DNA from: Haliotis rufescens
Taxonomy: Eukaryota
DNA: 64,000 nucleotides
Direction of reading: 5' to 3'
Assembly (NCBI RefSeq): GCF_023055435.1
Contig: NW_025963850.1
Location: forward strand, 1 to 64,000
Positions 1 to 13,297 of the stretch are shown in pieces. The notes under the pieces were generated by a model, which was given only the letters and a program-made list of their open reading frames with translations, did not search any database and was not told where the DNA came from. The translations under genes and the position numbers were made by a program. How positions within the stretch are numbered: the stretch's first letter is position 1; every line of letters begins with the position of its first letter.

Positions 1-100
1 CATCACTTCGGGCTTTCCTGTCACATTAAGCTGACACGCCGTGATATAACTGTAATACTGTTAAAAGCAGCGTTGAACCCAACTCACTCACTCACACACT
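1..100 (+). repeat. 3' fragment of SINE-like repeat with (ACTC)n tail
   Basis: cttcgggctttcc...gccgtgatataactg...gcgttgaacccaactcactcactca. Homologous copies at about 5890-5982 and 42643-42742. Confidence 0.6.
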
Positions 101-1632
101 CTGGAGATTTAATTAGAAAGGAAATTAGATTCAGCCCCACTCACACCCGACATTGACGAAACATGGTGATTGTCCCTTGCCGATCTCAAATTATCAAGAT
201 TTCATTTCAATTACATGTTATCGCAAGCTGTACTACCAACGCCGTTACAAACATTATCCTGTCAACAAAGTCAATTGTAGACAATGTCAGGGATAGATAG
301 GGTTTAATAATGCATACCACGTTTACAGTAGCTGGTCAAAGGGAGGCAACTCTGTTTTCAGATATTATGTTAGCATTTGAAAAGTACGGAAGTTATCCTG
401 ACGAGACCTGGATACTGTTGGTAAAATGCTTACAGGCGTATTGTCAATAGAAGCATCACCTGTAGCTGTTCGTACTGGGCTAAAATGACTTTGTTTTCTG
501 AATGTGGCAAATGAACGTAATAATGACGAAAGGTATAATGAAATGAAGTGCACTGATTTTTAAACGGCTTTAAATGTTGTGTTTTGTGTTGAACTCATTT
601 TCCAAAATGGAAATAGTATTTTCCTGTTTTAAATCATACCATGAAGCAAATTTGTTCTTCATTTCATGTACATAAAACTTTGATCTCTTGATCACCACAA
701 CCATTGTACCTGTAACCTATTGTTCAGGTTGTGAGAAAGGGAGAGAAAGCGTTTACGCTTACTTATTCTATTTCTAGTGATATAAACAGAGGGACGGTTT
801 GAATATTTGAAACGATGTACAATATGAAGGTTGTTTAGCACTGGGATCGAATTACGAATTACGAATATGTTCTGATTACTGACTTAAATAATCAGTTTTG
901 TATTCAATTCAATTTAGACAGTTTGTGAATTTCTGAGTAATTTATCATTATCACTGTGAGGTGGAGGTATTTGAATTCGTCAGAGATGTTTGTATGGATA
1001 AGAGCGACAAAACCCTTTGCATAATCACAAGAAATCTCTGTTGTAAGCCGACTCCATTTTACGATTCTGACTTTATTAAAAGCATCACTATGAACTTTCA
1101 TTATTTCCGGGAAATATTTCCCATGTAAGCCCCAATCCGTAGCATTCTAAACTTAATAAATATACAACGCCAGAGAATAACCAGTCTTGATTATCTACCG
1201 AAACACATTCCATTGGGCGTAAAAGGCAAAATAGGGGGGAAAACTATAGGAATGGATAACTGATAATCACTGATGACACCATGTCTTGTGAAAGTGCACG
1301 CATGTCCTGCCCAACAGGTAGCAGCCGCCATTGGTACAATCTGACTCCACGTGTAGGAGCCGCCATTGGTACAATCTGACTCCAGGTGTTCTTGAGGTAA
1401 ACTTGCAAATGCAGAAAACACAAAGAAACACTGATTTGATAAATGTTTTTATTTCCCAAACATGATGACTGATGATATGCTCCCTGTTTACTGATTGCTG
1501 TATAGTAGACCTGAGATTACAATATTTCGGAACAAGGTACAAAGGTATGGTCGAAATGATAAAAACAGTTTGTTTTCATATTTATGTAATATTTCTTCTA
1601 CCAAGGTGCAATTACACTGACAAAGAGGACCG

Positions 1633-2725
1633 TCACTGCAGGATGTTGAGAATGTCCTCCCATTCGATCGTGCATCTCTCTTTACATGTCCATAGTGCTT
1701 TGACCAGGTCCAGATAGGTGGCCGAACTGCCATTCCACTGCTTCCATTTAGTGAGTATAATAAAGATCTGCATATACATTGAACATGGGTGTGCAACTCT
1801 GCCCTGTTGGATAGCCACAACGCTGAGCCCAAGTTCAATCCCGATATACTCAAATCCCATCCCGATATGTCTCGCAACAAGTCCGAGATCTCGTGGAGTT
1901 ACAGGAGTCTTCAGTCTCTCGTTCACACAGCGTTTTGAACCTACACAGAAATCTGTATTACTTGATGTAACACTAATTCTACCACAAAGGCTCACATAAA
2001 CAGGTTTCTTTCTGTTTTGTGTGATTGACATGTGGTATCGAATTAACCTTTATTCATCTCCAATGCTCATCGATATTCCAAATAAGCAATACAAATTGAC
2101 AGAAAAAGAAGTTGCACAAATCTTCCCATATACATATATGTCATCATAATAACGATCAAAATATGTTGAAAGTTATGCTGAACACATATGGCATATATTG
2201 CCAAATTTCTGAAATGAAATCATCAAATCATGATAAAGAATGTCGCACAAAATTATCAATTTAACGCACCTCTGCTTATGATCTGTTCGATCAGCTCGTT
2301 GCTTGACTGGTGCATTCTCTAGAACGAAAAACACACACAATCAATTGTGTGTCAAGATGACATGCTGTAGTATTTCCTGAAAGGCGTTGAACTCAAATAC
2401 AGTATTATTCTTCAGGTGGGATCAAACTTCCCCTCTATAACACTTAATATGGGATGATAAACTTCCACACAATAATACTGAATATGGAATGATAAACAGA
2501 GACAATGTCTGGCGGAACAGGAGTGAGTATATAAAGACTTTGAACCGTATGTTCGTTACCATATATCCACTATTAAGCATATATACAGAATGCCACACGT
2601 GTAGTGTTAAATGATGTGTACATATATTACTACCATTATTGCACCTTAATGAACATATCTAAAAGGGCGTTATTAAGACGTACCTGCCACTGAAGTCCGG
2701 AGAAGCACGAGGCAATGTTCCCCAT
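1633..2725 (-). CDS. DD1: N-acylation-signal, death-domain-only protein, subfamily A (132 aa, 3 exons)
   Basis: Exons 2725-2684 (MGNIASCFSGLQWQ, phase 0), 2318-2270 (RMHQSSNELIEQIISR+G, phase 1) and 1940-1633 (SKRCVNERLKTPVTPRDLGLVARHIGMGFEYIGIELGLS...WKQWNGSSATYLDLVKALW...NILQ*). All introns GT-AG; 399 nt in frame. The last exon matches the death-domain pattern (LA..IG..(W/F)..LG..LGLS..I......HP......LL.W....G..AT...L..AL). Confidence 0.85.
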
Positions 2726-3955
2726 GCTGCCTATTCATGTATGACACTGACGTACACCACTCTGTGTGTTCCAACTGGAATGACTAAATCAAAACCTCTA
2801 AGCTATATGTGAGCACAGCGGGACGCCCCGGCACGAGAGGGGACACAACGTCTCACGCTCTCTCGCAATAGCTTCAACCAAAGATTTCGGAATTTCGGAT
2901 TTTCGGATTTCAAAACTGATATAAAGGCGGAGTTTGGCAAAATGGTGTGTATGTGAAAGAGATTATAATATACCTATGTGGGGGTTATACCTCTTATCGT
3001 GCATTTTAAGTTTGTTGTCACACACTATGACCAACAATAATAAAGAAATAACATCACTGCAGTGTCGATAATTGACGTGTGGTCACAAAAGCAACATGCG
3101 GTTCAGTATGCCTCTTACACATGTAGATAAGAGAGCAGTGACAACTTCACTGAGATGCCTTTCTCCACTACGTCCAGCTGTTCAGTCAATAACCAAGCCA
3201 GCCCTTTCAAGGTGTCATGACTTATATGTTAGTCTTGCAACGAAGACAATAGACATGGAAATATTGCCACAAAAAGTAGTCTTTTAAAAAGGATAATAGG
3301 TCTCAATCTAAATAAGTTTCTAGAAATCATGACAATATCTGTGATAATGCAAGACAAAACTAAATACATGTTGTGTACAAAAGCTGTGGTACATTGTGGG
3401 TACTGGGTGACCTGGTCAACGTGTAGGATATATGTGGGCGTTATTTTGGCATTGATATGGAATACCGGCTAGCATAAATAGTTAGCGTGTTTAAGGAACA
3501 TATTGCTGTCTACAGATATTTTCTATATATTTTAGGCTTTGTAAACTGCAATCAGCAGCCTAAAAACTGAAAGAACAAGACCATAGCATGGATCAACACT
3601 TGATGTTAGACGTGTCAGCAATACGAAAATGTCCATGATTGGACTTTAATCATGATTGGATCTTCTTCAGCTGTAGTCAAGTCGTCCACACGGACAGACG
3701 GACACACTATCATACCTCTTCCAAATGTCCACTGCAAGGTCCACGTATCATGAATTTTGTTGACAATAATTTCACATACATTCTAATCGTTGACTTTCTA
3801 CGCCTTGTAAAACATCTTTCAAACGCAGGTAATGTGATGATCAACAACATTTCTATTAACAGTTCGTTCGTTACATCCATTTCAGTTTCCGGAATTTCAG
3901 ATTGCGAATGACAGAAGAACCCAATTAGTTATCACTTGCACATTCTTCCGCGTGA

Positions 3956-4106
3956 GGGGCGGTAGGGTAGTCCAGTGGTTATAATGTTCGCTCGTCACGC
4001 CTAAGACCCGGGTTCGAATCCTCACATGGGTTCAATGTGTGAAGCCCATTTCTGGTGCCCACCGCAGTGATATTGCTAAAATATTGCTAAAAGCCTTCAC
4101 TCATTC
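3956..4106 (+). mobile_element. tRNA-derived SINE (family 1)
   Basis: ggggcggtagggtagtccagtggtt (A-box-like)...gggttcgaatcc (B-box)...gaagcccatttctggtg. Homologous to 27269-27442, 38129-38290 and 56143-56308. Confidence 0.8.
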
Positions 4107-5361
4107 TCTCTTCCCCGTGTTCATATGAGGCAGAGTGACTAGTCGTTTCGAAGGACGGATGGATAATTAGCAATTGCTCAACTATAATGTCTCTCTGGGA
4201 TGATAATTGTTATAATGTGGTCTCCAGCCAGAGCTGCACTACAGCGTTTCTATTGCTGTTGATATGTAGAATATCTGTGAAACAACTGAACATGTATGTT
4301 AAGCTAGGGCAGATAAAATGTGTAGCTCTGAAGCCCAGATGACAGTAAATCATGCATGCTGACGGTATCTTATATAATTAGTGTGAAACGTAGCATGCAG
4401 AAAATGTAATCTTCGATTCGCTGATGTTATTATTCAGTCGCTCAGGAAAGATAAATTTCGTTGCACAGACCAAACCTAAGCACCCACCCATCGTCAGCTA
4501 CACAGAATTATAATTCTACTACATTTGTTACATGTAGGTTACAGTCAACGTCGCATATCATATCACACACGAGGTGAAGAAACGATATATATATCCTGTT
4601 ACTATATAAGACATTTGTTCCTTTCTCAATACCAGCTTATCATCAGTTGGTGTGTGGCATTGTAAAGGAATGACATTTGGAAACACACGTACTTGACCTC
4701 ATGGAATACAATTCTTCAATTACGTCATCTTTAAATAAAACCCGTTCTGTAATTGGAATAGATCTCGTCTAAACGCACATCATAAGCATGTGTTCAATGT
4801 GTTCAACTTCAGTGAAAGCAAAAGAAAACGCTGAACACAAATGAAATCATTGTACCGCTCTGTGCCGGTCACTGGTGGTTAATATGGAAGGATGGGTTAT
4901 CTTTCGTGCCAATTCTCGGGAAAGAGCAAAAGACTCCAACACATTCCTTGGTGTGTGGAACTCAAAAGTTGTAGACTTTTAAACATTTTTGATAGCCGTT
5001 AATATATAACAGTATAAATAACAATAATCACATCTTTACCAGTCTTTCATATGTACAATCACCAACAATATTGAGAAAGTCGTGCATTCACATATACATG
5101 TGCACACATTCGAACACATTCATGCACTGGAAACATATGATGCAACCCCTGTCGTCCCTCTCTGATCCCAGCACATCCTTACCTTATGCCTGTATTATCA
5201 GCATACTACACGTAGGTCACCAAACATTGTATTTCTGACAACACCTTAGCGTCATGTCTTTACATATGATAGTATGTCCCACGACACTTAACATGCATGA
5301 CACGAAGTATGACCCTTATATGTGTCACACAGTGATGGCCGTCTCTTTCACATGCACTGCA

Positions 5362-5389
5362 GGGGTGGGTGTGGGGGCTGGGTGTGGGT

Positions 5390-5436
<47 letters not shown>

Positions 5437-5492
5437 GGGTGGGTGGGTGGGTGGGAGGGGGGGGGGGTGCGGGGGTGGGGGGGGTGGGGGGG
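5362..5492 (+). repeat. (GT)n / poly-G low-complexity tract
   Basis: gtgtgt followed by a run of about 30 G and ggggt units. Confidence 0.9.
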
Positions 5493-7614
5493 TATATTTT
5501 CATTCATACTCAGTGGTTATAGGCTGCTTATCAAATCTTCTCAATGTCCACACCTCGTGGATTAAGCTGTCTACTTCAGATGCCCTAAAAGCGTGTTTGA
5601 TACCCGTGAAGATGAAGATGAAGCTCAGGTTGTAGAAAAAGGAGGTACGTTTTTTTAACCACAAGTGACTAAAGTATTGAGACGAGAGACGTGTGTGTGA
5701 TGAGGTTTTAGTTTACTCGAAAACCCTAAAATCGTGTGGGATAACACACGATATGTTAATGTTGAGCAGTATAATCAGTCAATTGAAGTTATGGTGTATC
5801 AATTGCCTGAAATGACCATTGAATGAAATTAAAACACCCTTGAAACATATATATATGTACTTAGTCAACATTGTTTTCTTAGTTTTCAAACTTCGGGCTT
5901 TCCTCACACATGGGGCTGACACGCCACGATATAACTGTAATACTGTTAAAAGTGGCGTTAAACCCAACTCACTCACTCACTCTTAGTTTTCAGAACAGAG
6001 CACAGAGGGATGAACTGGTGGCCAGTCTTGGCGACGATGTAATAATTATTTATCTCACAATAATGTCTGTTGCAGGAAACAAAAAACACCACGCGTCCAT
6101 TGCGTGTCTGTTGATGGGCATTATTGAAGCATGTATTCATACATATAGATGCCACGAAACTCATGCAGTGATAAGACACGGCAAAACGACAGTAATTTGC
6201 ACGCAATATCCTTCCCTGGATGTCGCAACTAACAAGACTGAGAGGTAGTGCATGCCGTACACCATAAATCCGAAAATCCGGAAATGTACAAATGACAGAC
6301 AACAACTTCATACATTTCCTGAAGATTTTTCTGTAGAATGTCTCTCTCACACAAATGAAATAGAAAGGACCACAGTGTATTGTATCCTTTCTGGGATGCT
6401 GACAACAATAGCACATACTGTAAGGTACATGTGGCTTTAACGAGGTTTATGGGATTTTACGAGTTGAATGGGCTTGAAAACGCGTAGAGCTACAGAAGAT
6501 GAAAAAAGCAGTGGTGTGGATTGGCATACTGGGGAAATAATACAATCATAATGTTAACCAAAGTAAACCGTTTCGTCATGTAAGTGTGCACCAATACATT
6601 TATCTGTGTTTCCTTTTCAATAGTACAAAATACAATATGGACATATACACGTTAGCAGGTCAGTTTGCGTTGAGAGCTCAATGGGATATGAAAACATAGC
6701 TTCACTTGAACTAATTGTGAAGGCGGAACATTCTACAGTTTAGTTGACCTCGATGTGTACGGGCAGCAGTTGAAAAAGCGACAGTAGTTCAGGCTTATCT
6801 ATTATTGAGATCATGACTTGTATGTTTGTCATTCGAATTCTGTTTGAAGCTATTTGTAGAATGTAAGGGAGGATATTGTTGAATGTATGAATGTGGGATT
6901 TTCGAAACAACTAGTTTTGTCACCACTACAAATCTGTTGCAATGGTGCATAGATATGAGTGCGGCCACAACTGTATTAACATATGTTTTCCGCCATCCCT
7001 TTGCAATCAACAATCACTTTATCCTTCGCTAGTTGTCAAAATGTTTTATGGTACAAGTGTAAGGGACATTTCTGAATTTGATGCATCAGTGACAAAAATG
7101 AAGTCCGATGCAATTCCCTATTTTGACCATATGAGCCGTGTTTGTTCTTACATATAGAATACAGCTGTTGTAAAACACTAATTGGTTTTCATAATAATTC
7201 AGAAAGAAGACTCTACGACCGGCAACAGATCAACAGTACACTTGGAACAACTTTGCAAAAAAAATCAATCGTGACCGGACATTGTAGAGGCAAATCATTA
7301 TGTGAGAGTAAATTATGTCTCCGGATTTTCGGATAACGGATGACGTTTAGGGCACATCTATTCATCCCTCGCTAGTTCATTCTCAAATATCACAAGAAAC
7401 AGAAAGACAAGTTGTTACAAAAGACATCACAGCAATTTATTTATAACATTTATTCTTAAGACATACAAATAGAATCACAATGTATTACAAAGGGAAAGGA
7501 TAACACTGAAGAGTGTTCAGTGTGCAACTTAAGGAAACAGGACATTATTCAGATCAGTGAGGATACAAAATTATGTACAGAAGCGTCAGTGAACCGAGTA
7601 TCGCGACTCGATAT

Positions 7615-7900
7615 TTAAAAGCGGGAGTTTCCTCTGAATGTGATACGCACATGCAGGTACATGCCTTCGCAGTTCTTCTGCTTCCATTTGGTAGGCATGT
7701 GTACAACTTGCATATATAGTGAATATGGGTATGCAAACGTACCTCGTTCGATAACCACAAGAGTAAGTCCAGGTTCGATGCCGACAATCTCGAACCCGAT
7801 CCCGATGTGACTTGCAACAAGGCTGAGATCTCTGTCAGATACAGGGGTATCCAACATCTCTTCATTCACAGCATATGCTTGGTTCCAGTGTGTTGGCCCT
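7615..7900 (-). pseudogene. DD2: truncated death-domain exon (subfamily B), local duplicate of DD3
   Basis: Acceptor tatag|GGCCAACAC, then EEMLDTPVSDRDLSLVASHIGIGFEIVGIEPGLTL...MPTKWKQKN. Similarity ends near 7670. No exons 1-2 upstream. Flanks 6890-7625 duplicate 8035-8895. Confidence 0.8.
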
Positions 7901-9086
7901 ATAACAGTCATCTCACAATAAGCATACTCTTTACATGTGCGTGTGTTTTGTGTAATATATTGGCTTTCAAATTACCCATTAATATTCTAAATTATCTTAA
8001 CGTATCTAAAAGGGTATATTATTGAATACATATAATCGGATTTTCGAAACAACTAGATTTTTCACCACTACAAATCTGTTGCAATGGTGCATAGATATGA
8101 GTGCAGTCACAACTGTATTTACACATGTTTCGTCATTACGCCAATCTTTTCCACTATCCCTTTGTAGTCAGCATGCAAAAGCGTTCACATATTATCCTTC
8201 GATAGTTGTCTTAATGTTTTATGGTAAAAGTGTAAAGAACTGGACAGGATAACCATTTCCTTGTCTGTGACGGGTGCCACCAGTGGGACAGGATACCTTT
8301 TCGCGAACTTCATGGATCATCTCCATGTGATTTCATACCTGAGAACCACTACCGCCCATCACCAGTATTTGCAAACTTCAAACCAGGAAATATTCTTACA
8401 AATAGAATACAGCTACTACAGAAAGTAGAACACTAATTATCGCCCGTAATCAATCAGCAAGATTCTACGCCAACCCTTCTTAAATTGTTCAAAATAAGAG
8501 ACAACAGATAAACAGTACACTTCACAGACTGTTCAATCGTGCCCGGAGTCAAATCATTATGTGAGACGCATTTATGTCTCCGGATTTTGGAATTACGGAT
8601 GACGTTTACGACACATGTAATCATCCCTCGCTAGTTCTTCCTGAAATATCACAAGAGACAGAAAGACAAGTTATTACAAAAGGCATCACAGCTATTTATT
8701 AAAAGCATTTTTTCTCAACACATACAAACAGAATCACAATGTATTACAAACGGAAAAGATATTACTGTTTAAATGAAGAGTGTTCAGTGTGCAACTTGAG
8801 GAAACAGAAAATCATTCCGATCAGTCAGGATCCCAAATTATGTAAATAAGCCTCAGTGAACCTAGCATCTCGACTCGATATTTCAAAGCGGGAACCCAAT
8901 CAATCAATGATAACTGTACATGAGGAGAGTGTTCGGTGTACTGCTCGTATATGAGAGAACTCAAATTTAGGCATGATTTCTCTGTATGTGGTCGGGGAAA
9001 CTCAGTGAAGCATTACTTATATACCCACTCATGTATTCACAGCGTAAAGCAAGACAGCGTCATGTGAAAACAGCTCTCCGACTTGA

Positions 9087-10232
9087 TTACACAGACACAG
9101 TGGACGGTCCCTGAAGGATGTTGAGAATGTCCTCCCACTCAATGGCACACATGTCATTGCAACTCCACAGTGCTCTGACGAGGACCAGGCTGGTTGCAGT
9201 TCTCCCGTTCTTCTTCTTCCACTTTGTAAGCATGTGCACAACCTGCATGTACAGTGAATAAGGGTGTGCAAACGTGACTTGTTCGATAACCACGAGAGTA
9301 AGTCCAAGTTCGATGCCAACAGACTCGAACCCGATCCCGATGTGACTTGCAACAAGGCTGAGATCTTGTTCAGATACAGGAGTATCCAACATCTCTTCAT
9401 TTACAGCATATGCATGGTTCCAGTGTGTTGGCCCTACAACATTAAACTCACAATAAACTACCTATTTACTTGTGTTCATTTTGTTTGATAGATGATGTAA
9501 CAACATTCGGTTCGCTTTCATTAATCCAAATTATTTCACTAAACAAAGAAAAATACGATACATACATACAGTAATTTAAAAAGAAATTAATGGGGTACAC
9601 ATAGAACTAAACTTCCTAAAATAGAATTATAAGACAAACAGATTGTTTAAATAAAGAACTAAAGGATGACTATGCTTGTCATAAGAGGCGACTAGCGGGA
9701 TCGGGTGGTCAGGCTCGCTGACATGGTTGATGCATGTTATTGTATCCCAATTGCGTAAATCGATACTCATGATGTCAATCAGTGGATTGTCTGGTGCAGA
9801 TTCGATTATTTACAGACCACCGTCATATAGCTGGAATATTGCTGCGTGCGACGTTAAACAAAAAACAAGCAAACCAAATAACAAACAATTTAATTTAACG
9901 TACATGTAACTCTCTCTGTCAGATTGGGTTCATTTTGGCAGTTTATCGAGTTCTCTGTGTTGGACAGCCTCTGGAATCGAATAAACACAGTTTCAAACAC
10001 GATTGATAGCTACGCCATCACAGCAATAAAACAATAAGGATAATCTTACATAAACTAAACAAGACAATGCAATGACAAATTCACGTGAACATGTACACAC
10101 GCATTACACATATTGACACGCTAAAGTTCGAATAGGGAAAGCATGTGAAATATGCCTATATACATATGTATACATAACATCTTGACCCACCTGATATCGG
10201 GATATTGGCCAGCATGAAACAATATTACCCAT
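9087..10232 (-). CDS. DD3: N-acylation-signal, death-domain-only protein, subfamily B (151 aa, 3 exons)
   Basis: Exons 10232-10191 (MGNIVSCWPISRYQ), 9970-9904 (RLSNTENSINCQNEPNLTERVT+T) and 9433-9087 (PTHWNHAYAVNEEMLDTPVSEQDLSLVASHIGIGFESVGIELGLT...WKKKNGRTATSLVLVRALW...). GT-AG; 456 nt in frame. Confidence 0.82.
9665..9880 (+). mobile_element. SINE-like interspersed repeat (family 3) in DD3 intron 2
   Basis: aagaggcgacta.cgggatcgggtggtcaggctcgctgac...tggattgtctggt.caga.tcgattatttacagacc...gctggaatattgctg. Homologs at 21582-21760 (+) and 28520-28740 (-). Absent from the paralogous DD7 intron. Confidence 0.7.
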
Positions 10233-10318
10233 GCTGTCTGTAATTATGCCTCTACTTCACACATGTGTATCCCACAGCCAGCCGACACAATCTGATAGTT
10301 TCGACTGTACTGACGGGC

Positions 10319-10351
10319 TTTATATATCGGACTAGCATAAGGGGATTCCCC
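10319..10351 (-). promoter_or_regulatory. TATA box + NF-kB (kB) site of DD3
   Basis: TATATAAA on the minus strand at 10326-10319. GGGGATTCCCC at 10341-10351, about 110 bp upstream of the ATG. Confidence 0.7.
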
Positions 10352-12903
10352 TTGTTGATTCACGTACATTGTCAGTCACCGGCATATGCTACAGTCAACT
10401 TACAACCGATTTTCGGATCGCTGATCGCGGAGTTCGGACTTTAGGATTTCATATCAGGCTGATGGGTATGGGTAAAATAGGCCGGTGATGATGCAGGTGA
10501 AGGGACAAGAAGTAGTCCTGAAACGTCGTTACAAATAATAGAGAAATAGTGATCTCATGTCTGTCTTCTTGTAGGCTATTCAACAAGTCATATCGATATT
10601 TGTCCTTTCTTGGCCATTTGTCATGTTCAGGTGCAGTAAATAATAAACCTGTTTATGTTGCCTTATGTTCAATGAAGTCATATTGTAAATTGACATTGGG
10701 ATGGTTTTATATCCAAGTTGTTGACGCGTTGGCACAACACAACGAAGATCCAGTTAAAATTCCCATCAAGGGAACAATGTCTGACGTCATGTGTCTCTCG
10801 TCGTGTAATTGAATAAGGCTCCGTGTGCCACAAACGATTATTATATTTAGGCTAAAGAGTGGCAATGGTGATAGGGTTTATTAAAGGTTGTGTTTACTTC
10901 GATAATAATTTGTCATAAACCTGGTTTAATACTTTTAATTCATCCAGAGATATTGACCCCTAGATTCAACCAAAATGAGCTGATTCCTTTTATAGCTACC
11001 ATTTCACTATTTGGTGTATTTAGTTCACTTGTTCATTCGTCTTTTCATCAGCTAAGGTGTAGATGAGCCTGTCGTCCTCATTTTCCTTATCAGCAATACA
11101 CAGTATACAAGAACCATTAAATACATCCCATCACATTTCCTTCGAGGTTACGATTACAAATGCTTCTGTCTTCAGTCTATGTTACAGACAATAACTGAAT
11201 AAATACTAAAATAGCCAACTAATAGTATACACATTCAGATATCATCCGACCTAATGTCTTCAGGGGTTTGCACATAATATTTTCGGCTCAAAGCAATATT
11301 ACCAAGGAAAACGATATGTATAAATCGGTATGTGCAGGAATCTGACACTGGTATATGATACGTTAAAAGTGAACCTTGTTTAAACCGATCGATTACGATA
11401 AAAATCCTTGATCCGAAAATCCGAACAAGGCTATAAATACATGTCGCTGTAGGAACTGTTCATACCGGAATGTACACATTGTGTCAGGGCTTTGCGGGAA
11501 GGTTGGTTGTCTATATAGTGTCATACTCAAGTTGATCACAGTACGTAGGAACAATTATGTTGCTGTGCTGATACAGAAATGATATACTTCTGAATTACAT
11601 ATGTCAGTAGCGGGGTGTATGCATTTTAACATGCTACATTCATTTGAAAAGTTGAAGAAGAAATGAGGGCAAATATGATCAATGATCTGGATTGGGATAT
11701 TGAGGAAATGATATGATACGTTGTTATCTACATTCACATGTCTAATCATATAAGTGTTCACTAAAACACTTTAACTGGTTTAATTGTCGATAGTACATAA
11801 GATAATCAGGCAGTGATCAATACGTCGGGTACAATTGACTTCCGCCAGAATAGATACAAATGATATCTCACTGAGATATGAGTACATAACAAAGATCTTC
11901 CTTTGAACTAATTGTCTGATTGAACCGTCTTCTGCTTGATTGATGTCGATGTGCATGGGAAGCAGTTCAATCACTTCACATCTACTCAAAAGCATGTGTA
12001 GACAAAAAGCAAAAGAATCCTTTTCGTAATTATAAAAGAAAATCTGCTAAAACTTCATCATTATCAACTGATTGTGCAGGTTGCAAAGAGGAATGTGTAA
12101 AATGGTTATTGTATACGACAATGTCCCATTATCCCAGATAAACTCAATTTTATATGGTTACGATATCGTACCCACGTTACACAGGCGAAGTGAGCATCAG
12201 AACAAGTGTCAGATATTAAGTAATTGATGATTGAATAAACTATACATTTAGAATATTGGACAGGCCTGATACAGGCAAGTATATGTCTGTTTGAAGGTCT
12301 CGGGTTTTCAGACCAATGAAGTGAAATGTTCAATCTACAAATAAAAGGTATTTCTCGTGTACCAGGACACTGGTTTGCTTAAATGGCTTGACGATCGACT
12401 ACGTCTGTATTATATGTGCTCTAAAGCCGAGGCTGCTTTATCGAAAGTGTTGTTTAAATAATATTTCAATCAAATTATCAATCTTTTCAAATAGTTCTAC
12501 CACGCGTATATTACACAGAGCACAACGATGTGCATTTTTGTATTTTTAGCACAAGCGGATTGTTGATCAAAGATATAATGTTAATAATATGTGACATATA
12601 TTAGAAGAAGAAGCCAAAGAGATGTAAAACACCCAAACGAAGCATCAGATAAAGTGAACCCCATTTGTGAAGACAGATGGCACAATTGTCGCATTAAATG
12701 TGAAAACCCTGTGAGTTATACATCCATATGGTAGAGCAGAGAAAAGTGTCTCTCAGAATGGGATATCCCCAGGTTGTAAAGGTTCAACCGAGGATGTTGG
12801 ATTGTATAAAGTGAAATTAAATTATAACAAGTAATCTCAAATGGCACGCGCTGATGATATGCGTTAGATAGAACTAACGTTATGCAAATGTATTTGTTAT
12901 ACT

Positions 12904-13297
12904 TGAGGTGAGGTGAAATGGGGTTTAACGTCGCGTCCAAGATTATTTCGCTCATATATCGACGTGCATTAGTGTGTGTGAGTGTGTGTGTGGGTGTGTG
13001 GGTGTGTGGATGGGTGGGTGCGTGCGTGCGTGCGTGCCGTACTAGTCCGGACTGATGCCGATTTATAGTGCAAGCTCAGTGAGATACCATGCCGCAGTTT
13101 AACATGAATACCCCACTCAGACACAGTATACTGACTCCGAGCCTACCAGTCCTTGTTTTATCCCTTAATGCCGAGCGCCAGACAGGGTAACAACTAGTAC
13201 CATATTTTAACGTCTTTTTGTATGACGCGCCCGGGGATCGTACCCCGGACCTTCCGTTCTCCGGGCGGACGCTCCACCACAAGACCAAGGAGGCGGT
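12904..13297 (-). mobile_element. tRNA-derived SINE (family 2, possibly Meta-domain) with (CTCAC)n tail
   Basis: Head accgcctccttggtct.gtggtggagcgtccgcc...ggggtacgatccc; body gtcatac.aaaagacgttaaaa.atggtac. Near-identical in layout to 55348-55698. Confidence 0.75.

Noticed and set aside
1633-1940. Assigning the symbol CRADD to the DD genes, or CAMTA/SENP to genes A and B
   Set aside because: Only domain-level resemblance; no CARD, TIG or IQ domains; orthology cannot be shown.
1472-1999. Plus-strand ORFs antisense to DD exons (also 42083, 44323, 47984) and minus-strand ORFs over ANK repeats (63682)
   Set aside because: Shadow frames of real coding exons on the opposite strand.
1941-2031. N-terminal extension MSITQNRKK... 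of the 132-aa DD ORF (and similar starts of other DD ORFs)
   Set aside because: Lies upstream of a conserved splice acceptor and is not kept as an ORF start among paralogs; intronic read-through.
3956-4030. tRNA genes at SINE heads (also 56143, 38290, 55698)
   Set aside because: A/B boxes are present but continue into shared SINE bodies and simple-repeat tails; no complete cloverleaf established.
5254-5635. Gly-rich and Pro-rich ORFs
   Set aside because: Translations of the poly-G/(GT)n tract; no coding signal.
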